Positions 47,870 through 62,505 of a stretch of 64,000 nucleotides of DNA are shown piece after piece (the stretch's first letter is position 1; each line of letters starts with the position of its first letter). Under the pieces are notes generated by a model that was not told the DNA's origin, did not search any database, and saw only the letters and a list, made by a program, of their open reading frames with translations. A program made the position numbers and the translations under genes. Origin of the DNA: Azolla caroliniana (taxonomy: Eukaryota > Plantae > Polypodiophyta); NCBI GenBank assembly GCA_043228905.1, contig JBHGNT010000002.1:992001-1056000 (forward strand), read 5' to 3'.

Positions 47870-48506
47870 TGATTTTGTATGCATGTTGGAGAGATGTAAG
47901 CAAGTTTTTATGAACCTCGGAAGCAAGGTTGAGGCTCAATGTGCTTTTGAGAAGCTAGCTAATCAAACTGGGTGGTCATCTAATGCCCTTATCATGGGTT
48001 ATGTGAGACATGGAATGCCATAGGATGCTATCAAATTGCATAAAAAACTGAAGGAATGCTAAGTAATACATGGTACAACACATATTTTGGTGGCATTTAT
48101 CAAAGCTTGTTCTCAGGTGGACCTAGAAAGAGGTTCTAAAATTCATGCAATGATAGAAAAAGATGGTTCTCTAGATATGTTCCCTGGTCGTGTTGAGAAA
48201 GCACTTTATTACTATAAAAATATGTAGCTTGAGCGAGTGTCTCCGGATGCAATACATTTATTTTTGGATTTCAAGCTTGCAATGGCACATAATCCATTGA
48301 TAAAGGCCAAGAAAATCCATAGTCAGCTTGTAAAAGGAGTGGTTTTTTTTTGTGAAACCAACGTTGTTGGCAATTCCTTGCTTGATATGTATGCTAAATG
48401 TGGCTTGGTTGCTGAACCTACACAAGTGTTCAAGAGTCTTTCAGTTAAAGATGTTGTCTCGTGGACATCACTAATAATAGGATATGTAGAACTAATAATA
48501 GGATAG
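47870..48506 (+). pseudogene. PLS-class pentatricopeptide repeat (PPR) pseudogene
   Basis: EAQCAFEKL...SNALIMGYVRHG, AFIKACSQVDLERGSKIH and VGNSLLDMYAKCGLVAEPTQVFKSLSVKDVVSWTSLIIGY, with stops and frameshifts. Confidence 0.85.
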
Positions 48507-48550
48507 TTAAAATTATATGAGGGTGATTATTGATGCCGTTGTCGTGATGT

Positions 48551-49084
48551 AATAGTGTAGTTCCACGCACATTACACAAACGATTATAAATATGAAAATT
48601 ATCCTAGGGTCTAGTGGCATTTGAGTGCATATAGAGGGGTGCAAGCAAGATTTCAACCTTGCACCTCCAAGATAGAATACATTTATCTTACCATTAGGGC
48701 TACTTCCAAGTACTTTAAATGCTATGTATTTCTTGTCATATTCAAAAGGCATAGGAAAACAACCGTACAAAACCGTGAGCACAAAACCATGTTCCAAGCC
48801 CATGGTTTTGTGCCTGCCACAAAAAAAACCGTGTGCCCAAAACCATGGGTCCAAGCCCATGGTTTTGTACTGTTGTTTTCCTATGCCTTTTGAATATGAA
48901 AAGAAATGCATAATATTTAAAGTACTTGGAAGTAACCCTAATGGTAAGATAAATGTCTTCTATCTTGGAGGTGCAAGGTTGAAATCTTGCTTGCACCCCT
49001 CTATATGCACTCAAATGCCATTAGGCCCTAGGATAATTTCTATATTTATAATCGTTTGTGTAATGTGCGTGGAACTACACTATT
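48551..49084. mobile_element. Foldback/MITE-like element with ~230-bp terminal inverted repeats
   Basis: 48551-48780 is the near-perfect reverse complement of 48855-49084. The centre is built of CAAAACC(A/G)TG units in both orientations. Confidence 0.85.
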
Positions 49085-50970
49085 TCACAATTTCTCCCAT
49101 TGGACACGCAGCATCACGACACCGTTAAATTGTATGGATTAGCTATTGGATTGCATGTTAACTTCAACAAGTCCAAACTTCTACCCTTGACACCATATAG
49201 TTGGCATCAAATTTTGTGGCCAAGTCAAGTTATTAGCCCAAATGAAATGGTTAGACATCTTGGCTATCCGTTGGGATGGAATGCAATAGGGAAAAGAAAG
49301 GTTGAATGGGTTCTGCAAAAAGTGAGACAAAAGCTAAGCTATTGGAAGATTGCAACATGGCCATTACATGTCACATTGAGGATAGCGCAATCTATATTCA
49401 TAGCTTACATGCAGTATTACTTAATTATGATTGATTGGCCAAAACACATGATACAAAAGATTAACTTAGAAATCATAAGCAGCTTTTGGTGCTCTAAGTA
49501 GTCGCATAGAGGTATAGGACTCCTATCACTGAGAAGATATGCACTCCACGATTGAGTGGAGGGCTAAATATTCTTCATTTGCATTTGCATATGTTGGCTA
49601 AAAAAGCTACTTTATTGCCAAAATTTACTGAAAAAACATTGCCTTGGGGAAGAATGTTATCTTATATGTTTGATAATTTGAAAACCAAGTCATTTGGCTC
49701 ATGGGATACTAACCATTGGGATGTAGTGTTTGGAAAGCTTGACGGGCACATCAAAAGCTGACCGTTTAGCTCAACGCTTCTAAAGCATGGGAAGGAAGTA
49801 CTGCACCACATAAAATGGAGAGATAGGAATTCAGAATCAAGGAACTCTTTACGCCTCGAAACCTTACACTAGAGTGTTATATTCCCACAATCACTAGCCG
49901 AACAAGAGGCTAGGAAAGCTTAGTTTTTAGCAAATAAGGGGCTAAAATCAATTGCAGATGTGGTAAATGACCAAGGTCACTTATTGCACTTCAATGACAT
50001 GACATGTCATTATAGTCTGGTGCCACATCATTGCGTTATCTAGAATCAAGTCACAGAGTTGTTACTTTCCTTAGTACCTATGCCACATCTAGATGGAGAT
50101 CGCAGGATTTAGGATTGGATGTTACAAAAAGGGAACATTGTTATTCCAATACATAACATTACAACACATTCAGTGTATATGTTGTTGCGACCTGTCCCAT
50201 GGTTTCACGAACATGCAAATGCATTATTGAACCTACACAAAACGTAGTCCTAGTGGAAAAACAAGCTTACAAGCTTATGGAGCTCAGATCTTCCACTTAA
50301 GCAACAGGTATTCCTATGGAGATGTCTATTGGGTGTGCTCCCGACTAGGTCGAATCTTCAAAAGAGATCGATAGCCTCGCTGCATTATGCAAGATGTGGT
50401 GGACGATTGGAAACAGTCTCACACTTATTATGGACTTGCTCATTCACTACAACATTTGTACAAAGACTAAGTGCATCTCTTTATCACAGATTTCCTAGCC
50501 GAAGGTTTGGTAAAGACTTTTGGATATTTGGGCAAATTTTGTACGCCCTATCCAACAATGCCAATTTTCTCCAATGGACACGAATTTGGGCATTCTTGAC
50601 CATTTGGACAGCCCACAATAATGTCTTTGATCGAAACCAACTACATGAAGTTAGCTTCTTTAAGCAATCCCTCAAGTAATCTCTATTTGATTGTATGCAA
50701 CTTAGAGACATCACACTGCAAATTTACAATCTTTACTTTGAGTGTTTTTAAGCTCTTTAGTGTCTAATCGACACTTGTATACTTTTATTTATTCTTTATG
50801 GGTTTTCACCTCACTTTTAGGTTTCCCACTAGTAATAAAAGTGTTACTAAAAAATGGATATGCAGAACATGGTTATGGTGGTGAAACATATAAGAGCGGA
50901 CTATCTTGTATATTGCCTTTGGCCACTTTAATTTTAATACCAATTCAGGATGTTTTTTATGGGGGAAAAA
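49085..50970 (+). mobile_element. Degraded L1-type LINE, ORF2 C-terminal half (end of RT and zf-RVT region)
   Basis: GLHVNFNKSKL, RHLGYPLG, KVRQKLSYWK, GGLNILHL, LPTRSNL...CGGRLETVSHLLWTC and IWTAHNNVF, with many stops. The 3' end is approximate. Confidence 0.85.
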
Positions 50971-52356
50971 AGGAAGCAAAACACTAGGCAAAAGTGCTTG
51001 AGATATCTATAGATAAATTAACATAATATGGTAATAAAATGGAGGCTAGAAAAAATCAAAGGAAGAACACAAAAGAACAACTAAAACCCAACAAAGCTAT
51101 CGAACTAAGGACGACTCAATTGAATGGCTAGAGACTAGGGCACACCATATATATCACAACTTTGATTATTGAAGTAGGATCTCTATGAGAGTGGGCAATA
51201 GTGCGAGGGTTTGTGTAGATGAACCATGGTCTGCTACTAAAATAGCAAATCAACATCTCAAAGTATAATGATATACCACATGATTATTTTGTCCTACTCC
51301 ATAGAAAAGAACATAACACACTTGCACTCTTCTTTATCAATGGCACCAATAATTGATAAAGGTGGTTACAACAATGAGAATGAGATTAAGGGAATGGGAA
51401 AGATATTAGAGAAATTATATGTTATAACCATTTAGGCAAGCATTGATGGGATTTTATTGAGAAAGGACATTGGTATGGAGAACAAGGAGGCAAATTTCGT
51501 CCATATGTCCAAGTAATAGTAGGTCAACGGAATATTGAAAGAACTTAACTTATTTTAGGTGACCATTGAAGTCTTATACAACAAACTCAACGATGACATA
51601 CTAGTCTCAACATATTACAAGAATAGATTGAAACTAATCAATGCAATATGGAATATAAGGGGAGAGGGGTGGGGGGGAAATCTACATATAAAAAGGTATT
51701 TTCATCAACTTCTTAGACAAGTGATGGATATATCATCTAAGCACAATGGTAACTAGGGCATAAAATTTACCTCCCAATAGTAGGTTGGCAAAGCAAAATT
51801 ATGGTTTCAAAAACCACTTGTAAGTGTTCGGTGTCGTAATAGTTAGGGGAACATACCCATAGCAACCCATAGGCAATAAATTGATCTTATTAACTATATA
51901 TTCACTTATAATTTACCTTGAATTCAAGGTTGCTTCTTGTAGGAATGTTGTAGCCATTAACATTGTTGCTTCCATATGATAGTAATACAAATAACTTTAA
52001 GGACATATAATAGTATACACATTGAGATAATATGCAATAGAGTTATTATTGTGGCCAATGTGTATACTACTATAGGCCCTATATTTGATTACACACTATA
52101 GGCTTTGAGTTTACCATCATCCATCTGTTGTATGTCATGATCTGGCTTGGGACAATCCTCCTTAGCCACCAAGATCGGCCACGCGTACTCATCTAATTCA
52201 CCACAATATGGTTCATCATGACATGTATATTCACTAACAATGTGAAATTATCTGGTGGTTTATAGTTGTGTTTTTCGAATCATACATACATACATATACA
52301 TATACATTTGTCTGTTGTCAATACATAATGGTTCATGAGTTGTCTACTTCCATTAC

Positions 52357-52863
52357 AGGAGGTGGGGGATGTCTTATCCCCCATATATTGTTACGGGCAT
52401 GACCATATAATATCCCGTAGTGAGAATTTACTGTAGTATTCTATACACGTGGATAAAGTGTGAGGGTTAAACGATAGTGTAAAGAAGGGGAGGATTACTT
52501 TTAATCCTCGGGATTGAGACAACCCATTAGGCCAAGTGTGAACTTGCTTGGGGGCCTTGGGTCTTGCTATAAATATGAGGCCTAACTACCCTCATTTCAT
52601 CATCTCTTGACTACGTCGAGACTCTGTTTCGTGGTGGGTCAACTCTTGTAGCGAGTGCGCCAGCACCAAGTAAGACTCGACACCACGACGATGGTATGGG
52701 ACGTTGATCGAGTCCGTCTCGATCCCTTTGCTCAAGGGTGGTCGGGTGGATCGACACCCTTCTTTCTCTCTCTCCTTTCATATATATTATATCCTTATCA
52801 TATGCTTACATTAGATCATCACTCTAACATATATTGTGATGCATGCTCTCATAGGGATATGAT
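52357..52863 (+). mobile_element. Possible PPT plus old 3' LTR
   Basis: AGGAGGTGGGGGA directly followed by TGTCTTATCCC at 52370, an internal CTATAAAT, and an end GGGATATGA resembling the inverted terminus. Confidence 0.4.
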
Positions 52864-54877
52864 CGGGCACAATATCATTTAGAAGGGCCATTGACATCTT
52901 GGGTCAAATGTTATTGTTGTCTAAGAAGAAAGAAAATCCAAACTGATCTTTGGTTGAATTATTTGCAAACATGCATGTTTGAACGGTAGAATTCTCGGTC
53001 ACTGGTAATATATAATTATTGTTTTTCGAACTATCTTTCATGGTGTTTCAATGATCTATTTTAAGCACGGGATGGATTATCAATTATATTATGGCTTATG
53101 ATTGTAGTCTATGAGTTATGGGTTACAAATCTCAAATAATGTGGAAAACATTCATTGAGTTGGATTTAGAATGAGCACACTTCTCTTGTGAAATGGGAAA
53201 ACTAGTTTTTTTCGAACTAGCAAGCTTTGTGCCAACAAATCATGTTTTGGCCAATTCTTTTACTTTAGCCGCAAACTTGTGGAACCTTTCCAAAGAAATG
53301 AGCTTCTTCCCATATCAAGAAGCACAATGAAATATATTGTGCTTTTAGTTCCTGAACAATGACATAAAGTTACGTTTTTTATGTTACCAAAATGCCTTAT
53401 GTGCATGCAACAATACCAACAACTTGATGGGTCCAAGAGTTGCACAAACTACCCTGCTCAATCTCGCCATGGTTTGAGTTTGGCACACAATTTGTATGCG
53501 TAATGTAGATTTTTAGAATCCATTTGCCTTAAAATCTCTCATGAGAAATGGGCTTCTCATCTACAACTCACTTCACATTATGAAGTAGTGACCTAGAAAA
53601 TCATGACCCTTAGTAAGTGTTGTTAGATTGGTACCTTTCCCCTACTTAAGCTCCATAAAGTAGACTTTAAAGAAGACGTCATATATAATTTTTTTACAGC
53701 CCCATAAGTGGCATCATTGTTTCACAATAGTTACATCAATTCATAACCTATCTTCACCTAGGGTTACACCCTCGACAATTCGTTCCAACTATGCTTTGAA
53801 GAGACATTTATACCACTGTACTTGAAAACACGAACGAAGTTGACTACTTGATGATAGACATTTCTTTATGTTATACGTTTTTCATTATCATAAAGACTAA
53901 TGTTTTTTTCTATTAAAAGCCCACACTCATCATGAAGAAGAAATCTTGTAGTATGTCTAGGGGCCTTTGCCTTGCATTTACAATGTATGGAAATAAAACA
54001 ACATAATAGAAAAGAAAATGCATCTACAAGTAGACCATTTAGGATTTTTCGTTGAGATTAAAATTCAACGGGAATGGACACGTTGATTGATGCAAAAACC
54101 AAACAATGTTGATGAGAATGGACATCCTTGTTTGACTCTAGAGTCTAGACGTGCTCAAGAATCTATTCGAGAGAATACATCAATGCTTTTGAGGTGACAA
54201 TTACCTTTTCCTACGAATTATCAAGTGACTTGTAACATCCACTCCTTCATCCTTAGTCAAAGATGACAAGGGTCTATGTCGATTGCCTTTTTGACATCAA
54301 TGAGTGAGGGAGGGAGGGAGGGAGTATGTGGGTACTGTACAATACAAGTTCTCAAAAGTGTCAAGGTTTCGTTTATGATATCATGTTTAGGCATGATTTT
54401 GCCCATCCAATTGTGTTCTTTTTTTTAAAGTTGTGGCCAAATGTTAGTCTCTTGTTAAAATTAGAGGAAGAAAAATATGGCCATTCTATGTCTGATGATA
54501 TTTTTCATTTGCACACTGTCAATTTAGAGGAGATCCACCAATGAGGAATTAAACTAGCCATGTCTCTACCTATTAAATGAAAAATCATCTCTTGCATAAA
54601 TATAACATGTCTCCTTACCTCAATATATCCACGCCTTTTTCTTCTTTGGGCTATTTTGTGTGATCTCTCTCTCTATCTCTCTTCAAATATACCCCTTTTA
54701 TTAGGGGCACAATAAAAATACATGTCATAATCGTAGAAACATTGTTTCAAACTTCAACTAGAACTTTATCTTTAGTTAATTTCATCGTTGAAGTCATTAT
54801 TTGTGTATGTAAGCACTAATCTTGCGTGAATTGAAGCATTGTGATGACGTTCTATTATACTTATGAGATGGTTTGAC

Positions 54878-55062
54878 CACTCCGATGGAGTTGAAAGACA
54901 ACAACTAGCCTTCATCCAACAATGGTCGTCCTCTCCCTTTCTTGACTCAGTGGGCATCCACATAAGATGGAACTACCATGTCCCTACAAGGATTTGTATG
55001 TAACATCCTCATTTGTAAAATTTTATAACTAATGGAAGGAGTATTTTTTTTGGAAAAAAAAA
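54878..55062 (+). mobile_element. 5'-truncated LINE 3' end with poly(A) and 19-bp TSD
   Basis: Encodes LAFIQQWSSSPFLDSVGIHIRWNY and ends AACTAATGGAAGGAGTATTTTTTTTGG-An. TSD ACTTATGAGATGGT(T/C)TGAC at 54859-54877 and 55063-55081. Homologous to 61440-61602 (inverted). Confidence 0.88.
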
Positions 55063-55671
55063 ACTTATGAGATGGTCTGACAATGATTCGCCTAGCTATG
55101 CATGATATGATCATATTACTAAATCAAAGTTGGTCAAGATTGTTTAATGAGAATATTCTTCAAATGAGTATGCCAATAGTTAGTGTTTATTTTTAACAAG
55201 TAATGCACACTTAGCTAACCTAAACTTTGATATTAGTTGGCATTTAATTTGATAACTATTTTGTATGTATATTTCTCAACTACAAGGGACGTGTTTTGAA
55301 ATTTCTCCTAAATATTATTATGCCTTCTTGGGTTGTTTGATAAATGCCAGTCCATCTTCTTCTTGTTTTGTTTCTCGATTTGACTATTTATGCTTTCGCC
55401 ACAAGAGTGCAACGATAGATTCTATGTGCTTATCTATGTGAAGAAACTCAACCTTTGTCCTTGTTGGTTTTCACTCATCATTAAACCATGGTTTTATAGT
55501 CACCCTCTTTCACACTTCGATTACATTTTGAGTTCTTTCCGAATATGTTTTTATTCATTGCAAAAAGGCATTTCGATTTGCTATCAACTTGGTTTGGTTT
55601 CTTTGCTTTAACTTATTTTCAAGCACATTCATCCATTTCTCTTTATAATCTTTGAGATATATATATATATA

Positions 55672-55800
55672 TTTCTAAACAACATATCCTTCCATTAGTT
55701 TAAAAAAATGCATATCAACGACAAAATACAAAATAGTTGGAAAGGAAGTGACTATCCTTCCCAAGCCCATCTTGTGTAAGACAATGGCTAGCCATGGATC
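55672..55800 (-). mobile_element. Non-LTR 3' tail remnant
   Basis: Shared tail motif; homologous to 28465-28565. Confidence 0.55.
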
Positions 55801-58800
55801 CTTTGTTTGATGAAATTGATTGAACACTAGCAGAATTGACAACATTGATCCCTTAAGGTAATCCATACTATATAGAAATTCCCTAGGTGTATCATCACAA
55901 TTTATTTGTACTTGTATGTGTTTACCCAAATTGGCATGGGTGTGGGATTATGGTAATGAAATGAAAACTTAACAAGTTGAGAGGCTTTATGTGGAGAGAT
56001 GGAAAATGAGAATACGTATGATGAAAAATGGAAGGAGGAGGAACATACATGAAATAATTCAAAGAACATTGAGCTAATGTCTTGTGAAAATGAGGAGATC
56101 TCGAACCTAGGTCCTCTATGTTTTGACTTTTTTGGTTTTCAACATTTCATGTAATTTATCCATGTTAAACAAGTATAGCTTAAAAGGCAAGGAGAAGGGG
56201 AGGTACAAACAACATTCCGGCTACTTACTAATGCACATACATACATGCACACACGCCACGATAAGCACACACTTTTCTAAGAGAATTGGCTTTTAGTTTC
56301 ATCAGATAATTTATAGTTATCTACTTTTTATCAATAATTTCATATTGGGTTTCTTTTTAAGATCCAAAGATAAATATACTAGAGAAACTTTATCTTTAAT
56401 CCATGAAAATCACCACAATATGTGATATGCACTAGGATGGTTTTGTCCACAAACTTTTAGAAGCACACATTCTACCCAAAGAAACAAAATTATCATGTTC
56501 CACTAGAATACATCTTCATTGATAATGACTTTAACATGAAATAAAAACACTTTATTTATGCGTTTATGAAAAGGAGTACAATGGCGAATATATACGGAAG
56601 TTCTTAAAGGCATGACTTTGAAAAGGTTAAATACATCATTAACTATGCATTATTGGTGCACTCCCTTGTGCATGTGTGCATGTTAAGGATGTCTTATTGT
56701 ACGAAAAATCTTGAAAATACCCAAACATTGTTGACATTAGAACCTACCACTAGGGGATAAGCAACTTGATCATAGCATCTAGTTTCATACTGAAGGCGAG
56801 ATATATACTTTCATTCATTTTTACAAAAATTCTGGCGAAAACCCAACAATTTTCGGCAATAAAACTTAATTCCCAAGAATAGTTTGTAGATTATTCTTAA
56901 TTATATCCTTCTCCAATTCATTGTTTTGTATAAATGACAATTTTATTGCAGTAAGTATTCATTATTTCATTATAATGAGAAGGATGCCCGTTACTTATTT
57001 CATCACTTATAACTAGCTCTAGGAACAACTCAAAACTCAAAAGTTACGATTAAACATTCATCGCCGAAATTTGTATGCATGTGTTTTTTGTATGCGTAAT
57101 ATATATATATATATTCAGATCTTGATTTGGTAACTAAATGTGTCTAGGTCTCGTGAACATGAAAAGTTCTTGTGCAACTCTCTGATTCTAAATGATGGAC
57201 ATATATCTTTACAAAGTGCAACGATATGTTGAATATGCGAAAATAACATAATGAGTTATAGCTTTGAGTTTTTAATGATCCTCGTCTACGAGTTTGCTTA
57301 CATGCTCTTTTTAGCTTCCATTATGCGTTTTCTTATCCAATATCACTTTATCGTAGTTCATTTCCAAAAGGCAAAACGTAAATGTTATGATGTCTTCTTG
57401 TGGTCATCAAACACTTCCTCCTAAGAGATAAATTGATACATTCCCTCCCCTACCTGCAACACTATTGTCTTGGTTGGGTAGCTATATTTTAGAAAATTTC
57501 CACAATCCATGTTAGCACTATTTTAATTTAGTAGTAAACATTGAAGAGAAAATAAAACCTACTAAAAGACACCACATGCATGCATTGTGTAACTTCTTGA
57601 CTCTATTGTCCTATGAAAATTTTAGTTCCACTAAGATTCCATGTCATGTCCATGTTGTCCATGTTGTCCATGAGTTCTATAGTCCATGTTAGTAAGGAAT
57701 CAGGATTTTACACAATCTTAACAAAATGAATCTCTCCCTCTCTCCCTCTCTCACACACACAACATGCAACCCTTGACAGTCAATAATTGATCAAACAAAT
57801 GAGGTAGATACTCAAGGCAAAAAACTTGACCCTTTTAATTGCTATTATAATTGTGTTTGGATCCTCAAACATAAATTGTACATTAGAAATGATACTTCCA
57901 TTGCAGGAAGCTCGTGTTTTGAATCTATCTAGATATCTTTCAAACTTTATTGATTAACTGCACTTTTTTAACATTACAAATAAACATTCTACTCGTCTTG
58001 ATCTTCCTCGTTTCGCCAATTCAAGAGGTATTTTTATTTCGAAACACACATCATCGTATCTCATTGTCCACTTCTAATGAGAAGGTTGTGTATAACAAGC
58101 CATATGCTCAACGAATAGTTGACATGCTGATAATATGTATGCATCAAAAAGTTAGTTGATATATGTGACACACATATGCACAAACAATCACTAACATGGG
58201 CAATGGTCACATGTACAAATAACAACATGATTTTTGCTTTTTGGATGTAGTTGTATAATAAAATATAAGATGCTGATCTAATTAAAAATTAATTCAAGTT
58301 TTTATCCATTTTTTGTGATCGTAGGGCCACATTTTCTTATCGTTGAGTACTCAAGCTCTTTGTAAAGGTATATCTCTCGTTAAAATATTTGGGTGTAATT
58401 TGGATATTCTTGCTAATTGATTTTTTCCTATGATTAATTGATTCCAAGATCCAATTCTCATGGGCAATTTAAAGGTGCAAATAACTAAAATGCATCTATG
58501 AGAGAGTGCAAACATGCATGATTTAGATTTGTGACATAACATAATGGGAACTGCCTTAGGGGCTTGAATCACATGTTTGTCCATGCAAAGGCACAATATT
58601 AGGTATCAAAACTTTGTAGTGGGGTAGTGCCCTTTGATTTAATGTTGCAAAAATGGGATCTTAGATTTTGTTATATACCTTTTTTTTGTTCTTTGGTGTC
58701 TTACATGCCGAAACAAAAAAAGGCAACGCAATGTTTTTATCTACTAACCAATCTAATGTTTAAACTAATATATCATTATCAAGTTGGTGTTGGATATCTA

Positions 58801-61437
58801 CATGAATAAAAGTATAGAGGCTTATGTGTTAGTATTCCGTCCAATATTAAGATATGGAGATCAAGACAAACATTAGTATTCTTAGTTTATGTATCACATG
58901 ATGTAATATATTATGAAGGCGACCAAAGTTCAAGTACCATATAGTTCATTTTATTTATTAATTGCATGAAGTGATTGAGAGAATCTAGGTTGTAATGTTG
59001 TTGTTATGGATATTCAAAAGAATTGAAAAATCTGACTCATTATTTGAGATGTATAAAATTGAGATGATAATCACATTATGATATTGCGGTTGGTTGTTGA
59101 GGAATGGATTGAAAGCCAGGTGATAGGATAGGTGCATACAAACTAAACCTCAATAGGTAAACAAGAATATCTAAGGTGGACTACATGTATATTGAAACAA
59201 GCATAAAATGTTTATCGGAAGTGTATCGACACATATGCATACTAGTTTAGGTTGGTACATTGCATACATGCACATACATGAATACTGGGATGTACACATT
59301 ACATAATATTATATATTTAAATTCTACTCAATAATTAAGCGTTGAATACACTCCTTCCATTCCTTCCATTGTGTAAATCTATTTCCTTTTAACGCCCTCT
59401 TTTGAGGCATAAAGATGCATCTATGAATATAAATATTTATGACACTGCAATCCATAATGATCCTGGATAAGCACTAAGTCCCTCAATCTAATCTGTATGT
59501 CTGGCACAAAGATGAGCATTGCGTTCATGATATTTATGCTTGACATAATCCAAATATGTTATTTAAGCCGACAAGCGCATTTAACGCAAATAATATAACC
59601 CCAAAAAGAATGCACATGGCTCCATTATAAATTCATAAGTTGGTGCCTTTTTGTATCCCCATATTATTATTATTATTATTATTCAATACGCATATAGGAT
59701 TCTCTTGATGAGTTCCACAACATGAAAAGACGAAAAGGAATGTAATCATTACCCCATATGGTTAGCAAGAGCACCATATGCCTTTGAGGCTTGAAAAAGT
59801 GGAGAGATGACAACATTTGTATAACTGCATCAAAAAGTTGGTCCATTACTTAAACCAATATGTTATTCTCTCTGTCTTTATAATGACTTGGAATAACACC
59901 TTACAACTATTTCGAAAAGCCGACGATTCTTTGCCTTTAGGAAGAGAGCACAAAGCTCAACTCATCCAACTTTCTCAAACTTGCAAGTCTTTTTCCCACA
60001 TTGCTCTTTGTGAATAGATATATACTTTTATAGGTCTTTGCGTAAAAGAAGCCTTTCTATATACATTTAATCATTAAAGTTCAATTCAAAAGCTACAGAA
60101 AGTTTCTCTTCAGAGTTAATAAGGTGGGCTTTCACATTTTAGTGGATGTCTCTGTTTATAAAGTTAAGATGCTACTTACTTTTCTTTATAGACGAACTTG
60201 TTGAAGATAAGAAATTGGGAAAGGCAAACCTTGTGGGGATTAATAAACGAAGAAGTAGAACTTTCAGAATTTACTATTGTAGATTGTTCAATTGAGACTT
60301 TTTATCAACTTTTTTGTCTCTTTGCACATGGTATCTTGCTTTATGAAGACATAATTTTTCTTTATCCTTTAAGATCCTACTTTGAGATTTGCTTATTCCA
60401 CTAGGAAAGTGTGGAGCAAATCCAATAAAGTTTGTCAAAAAGGTGTTGAAGGTTGCTCCAACTTGAAGCTAGAACTTGGGACCCTACAAGCTTAGTTAGA
60501 CCAAGGTAGACATACCATTGTGTACGACAAAAAGTTTGAGCACTTTGCAATTTGCCTACTGACATGGAAAGGAAAAAGTTAAGAACATGTAGTCTTTTGA
60601 ATCTTGAGTTAGAAACTTGCTCTCATGATGCTTGTGGCCTTTATTTTGATGATATCAATACCTCTCTCGCCACAAGGTTTTCCATCCACAAAACTCAATA
60701 TTTGGTTTCTAACTAGTGAAGCAATCAATTGGGCATCGAAAAACAAAAGCATGGGCATATTTTCAAATCATAAAGTGATATTTTTGGAACACATGAAATA
60801 TTGAACACAAAAAGACACCTTTAATATGGGTGGATATGGATTTCTTTATTGATGAAGAAAAAATATGTTTCCTTACTTTCCATCATACATCAAATCATAT
60901 CTAAAATGAAAGTGATAAGAACTTTGTACAATTTAGTTGAGAGTTTTTAGAGTCACATGATATGCTCAACGATATACACATAAATAATGTTTTTGATTAT
61001 TTCAAACGACAAACAATTAAATACAAATTGTGTGCCACCTTATCACTACAATTGACATCCTATTGGTACATGTGACTCAACCCAACCAAAGTTTTCTAAA
61101 ATGGACCACGACTTGTGCTTCTTAATGTTATGACGATAATTTATATCATCCATTTACAAACACATACTTATTATATAGGTATGTTTCTTAATTCATATAG
61201 TAAATGGACTATATGTGATAGAAATATCAAATATAGTATATTGGATAAGCAATAAAGTTTTTGGATATTAGGTTCGTCCATTAGAGTTTATGTTTAATTA
61301 AATATTTGAAAAGCATAAATGAATTTGCATGTTCATAGCTTCACCGTTCTCTTTTCATATTGGAATATAAGTTAGGGAAATTAGACATAAGAGGATTTGT
61401 GTAAAGGAATGGTGGATTAGCAAGAAGATACCTTCTC

Positions 61438-61981
61438 TTCTTTTTCTCCAAAAAACAAAACTCCTTCCATTAGTTAAGAATGTTATATACAAATCCTAGA
61501 AGGGACTCCATAGTTCCATCTTATGTGGAGACCCATTGACTCAAGAAAGGGAGAGGATGACCATTGTTGGATGAAGGCTAATCGTTATCTTTCAGCTCCA
61601 TTAGATCTATCCGTGATGCCATCGTATTGACTCTTTAACGTGGCTACAACATCATTCCATATCTCTTGCGTTACCCTTGTCTGGTGCATTGTTTGATTGG
61701 AGAAGACCTGCCTACAACGCTTTTTCTGGAGAATCCATAGTATTATTGGGCTGACCAATTCCATCACGACTTGAGCTTTGGCATTAATGGGAGTTGAGTG
61801 AATATTGTTGTTGGTGGAAAACGAGACCTCTTGTGCTGTTATAACCAACATCATCCCCTCCTCCTAATGTTCATATTTGTCAATTGGGGCCTGCCATGAT
61901 AACCAACATACATTCCCCCACTTGAATGTGGCTTGCACTTGGCATAATTGCAATAGTCGGCCAACCCCCCACCATATAGAA
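61438..61981 (-). mobile_element. 5'-truncated LINE 3' end (~545 bp)
   Basis: IILWILQKKRCRQVFSN...EIWNDVVATLKSQYDGI...LAFIQQW...IRWNY followed by the tail motif. Candidate TSD AAGAAGATA(C/T)CTT at 61423 and 61982. Confidence 0.75.
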
Positions 61982-62306
61982 AAGAAGATATCTTTTGTAG
62001 ATTGGAAGAAATCAAAGAAATACTTAGTCTTTGAGCCTTTGTTAAAATAGGTGTGACATGGTCAAAGATTTGAAAGGTTTAGCAATTGCTTGATCTTAAA
62101 CTTTTGGTCTATCGTGTAATCAAAATTTAGTTCCAACATAATACAAAAGTAACTCATATCTTTTCGTAATTGACTTAAGCTAATCTTAATTTTTAGTTCT
62201 CATGGTGCCAAGCATGAAAAAATTACAATAACATATCGGAGAACGTTCCTTAATTCAAGAACTACATGCATGCATACATTCCAATAAGTTCTTGTGACAC
62301 ATTTCT

Positions 62307-62505
62307 TTTTTTTCCAAAAAGAATATACTCCATTAGTTAAAATATACACAAATCCGATCCCTTTCTCGGGTAGGCCTTGCTTAGACTATCCTAACCTTCA
62401 TAAGAAATCTCACTTATTTATCTTACACTTTCACATGTGCCTCTAGCCATCCTTTTTTTTTTATACACATCACCTACATTCACTATCCCAGATGACATCT
62501 CCATT
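62307..62505 (-). mobile_element. 5'-truncated non-LTR insertion with ~20-bp TSD
   Basis: Tail motif at 62307-62338, flanked by AGTTCTTGTGACACATTTCT (62287-62306) and AGTTCTTGAGACACACTTCT (62506-62525). Confidence 0.65.

Noticed and set aside
48513-49128. Near-identical ORFs on opposite strands
   Set aside because: A by-product of the inverted repeat, with no recognisable domain.
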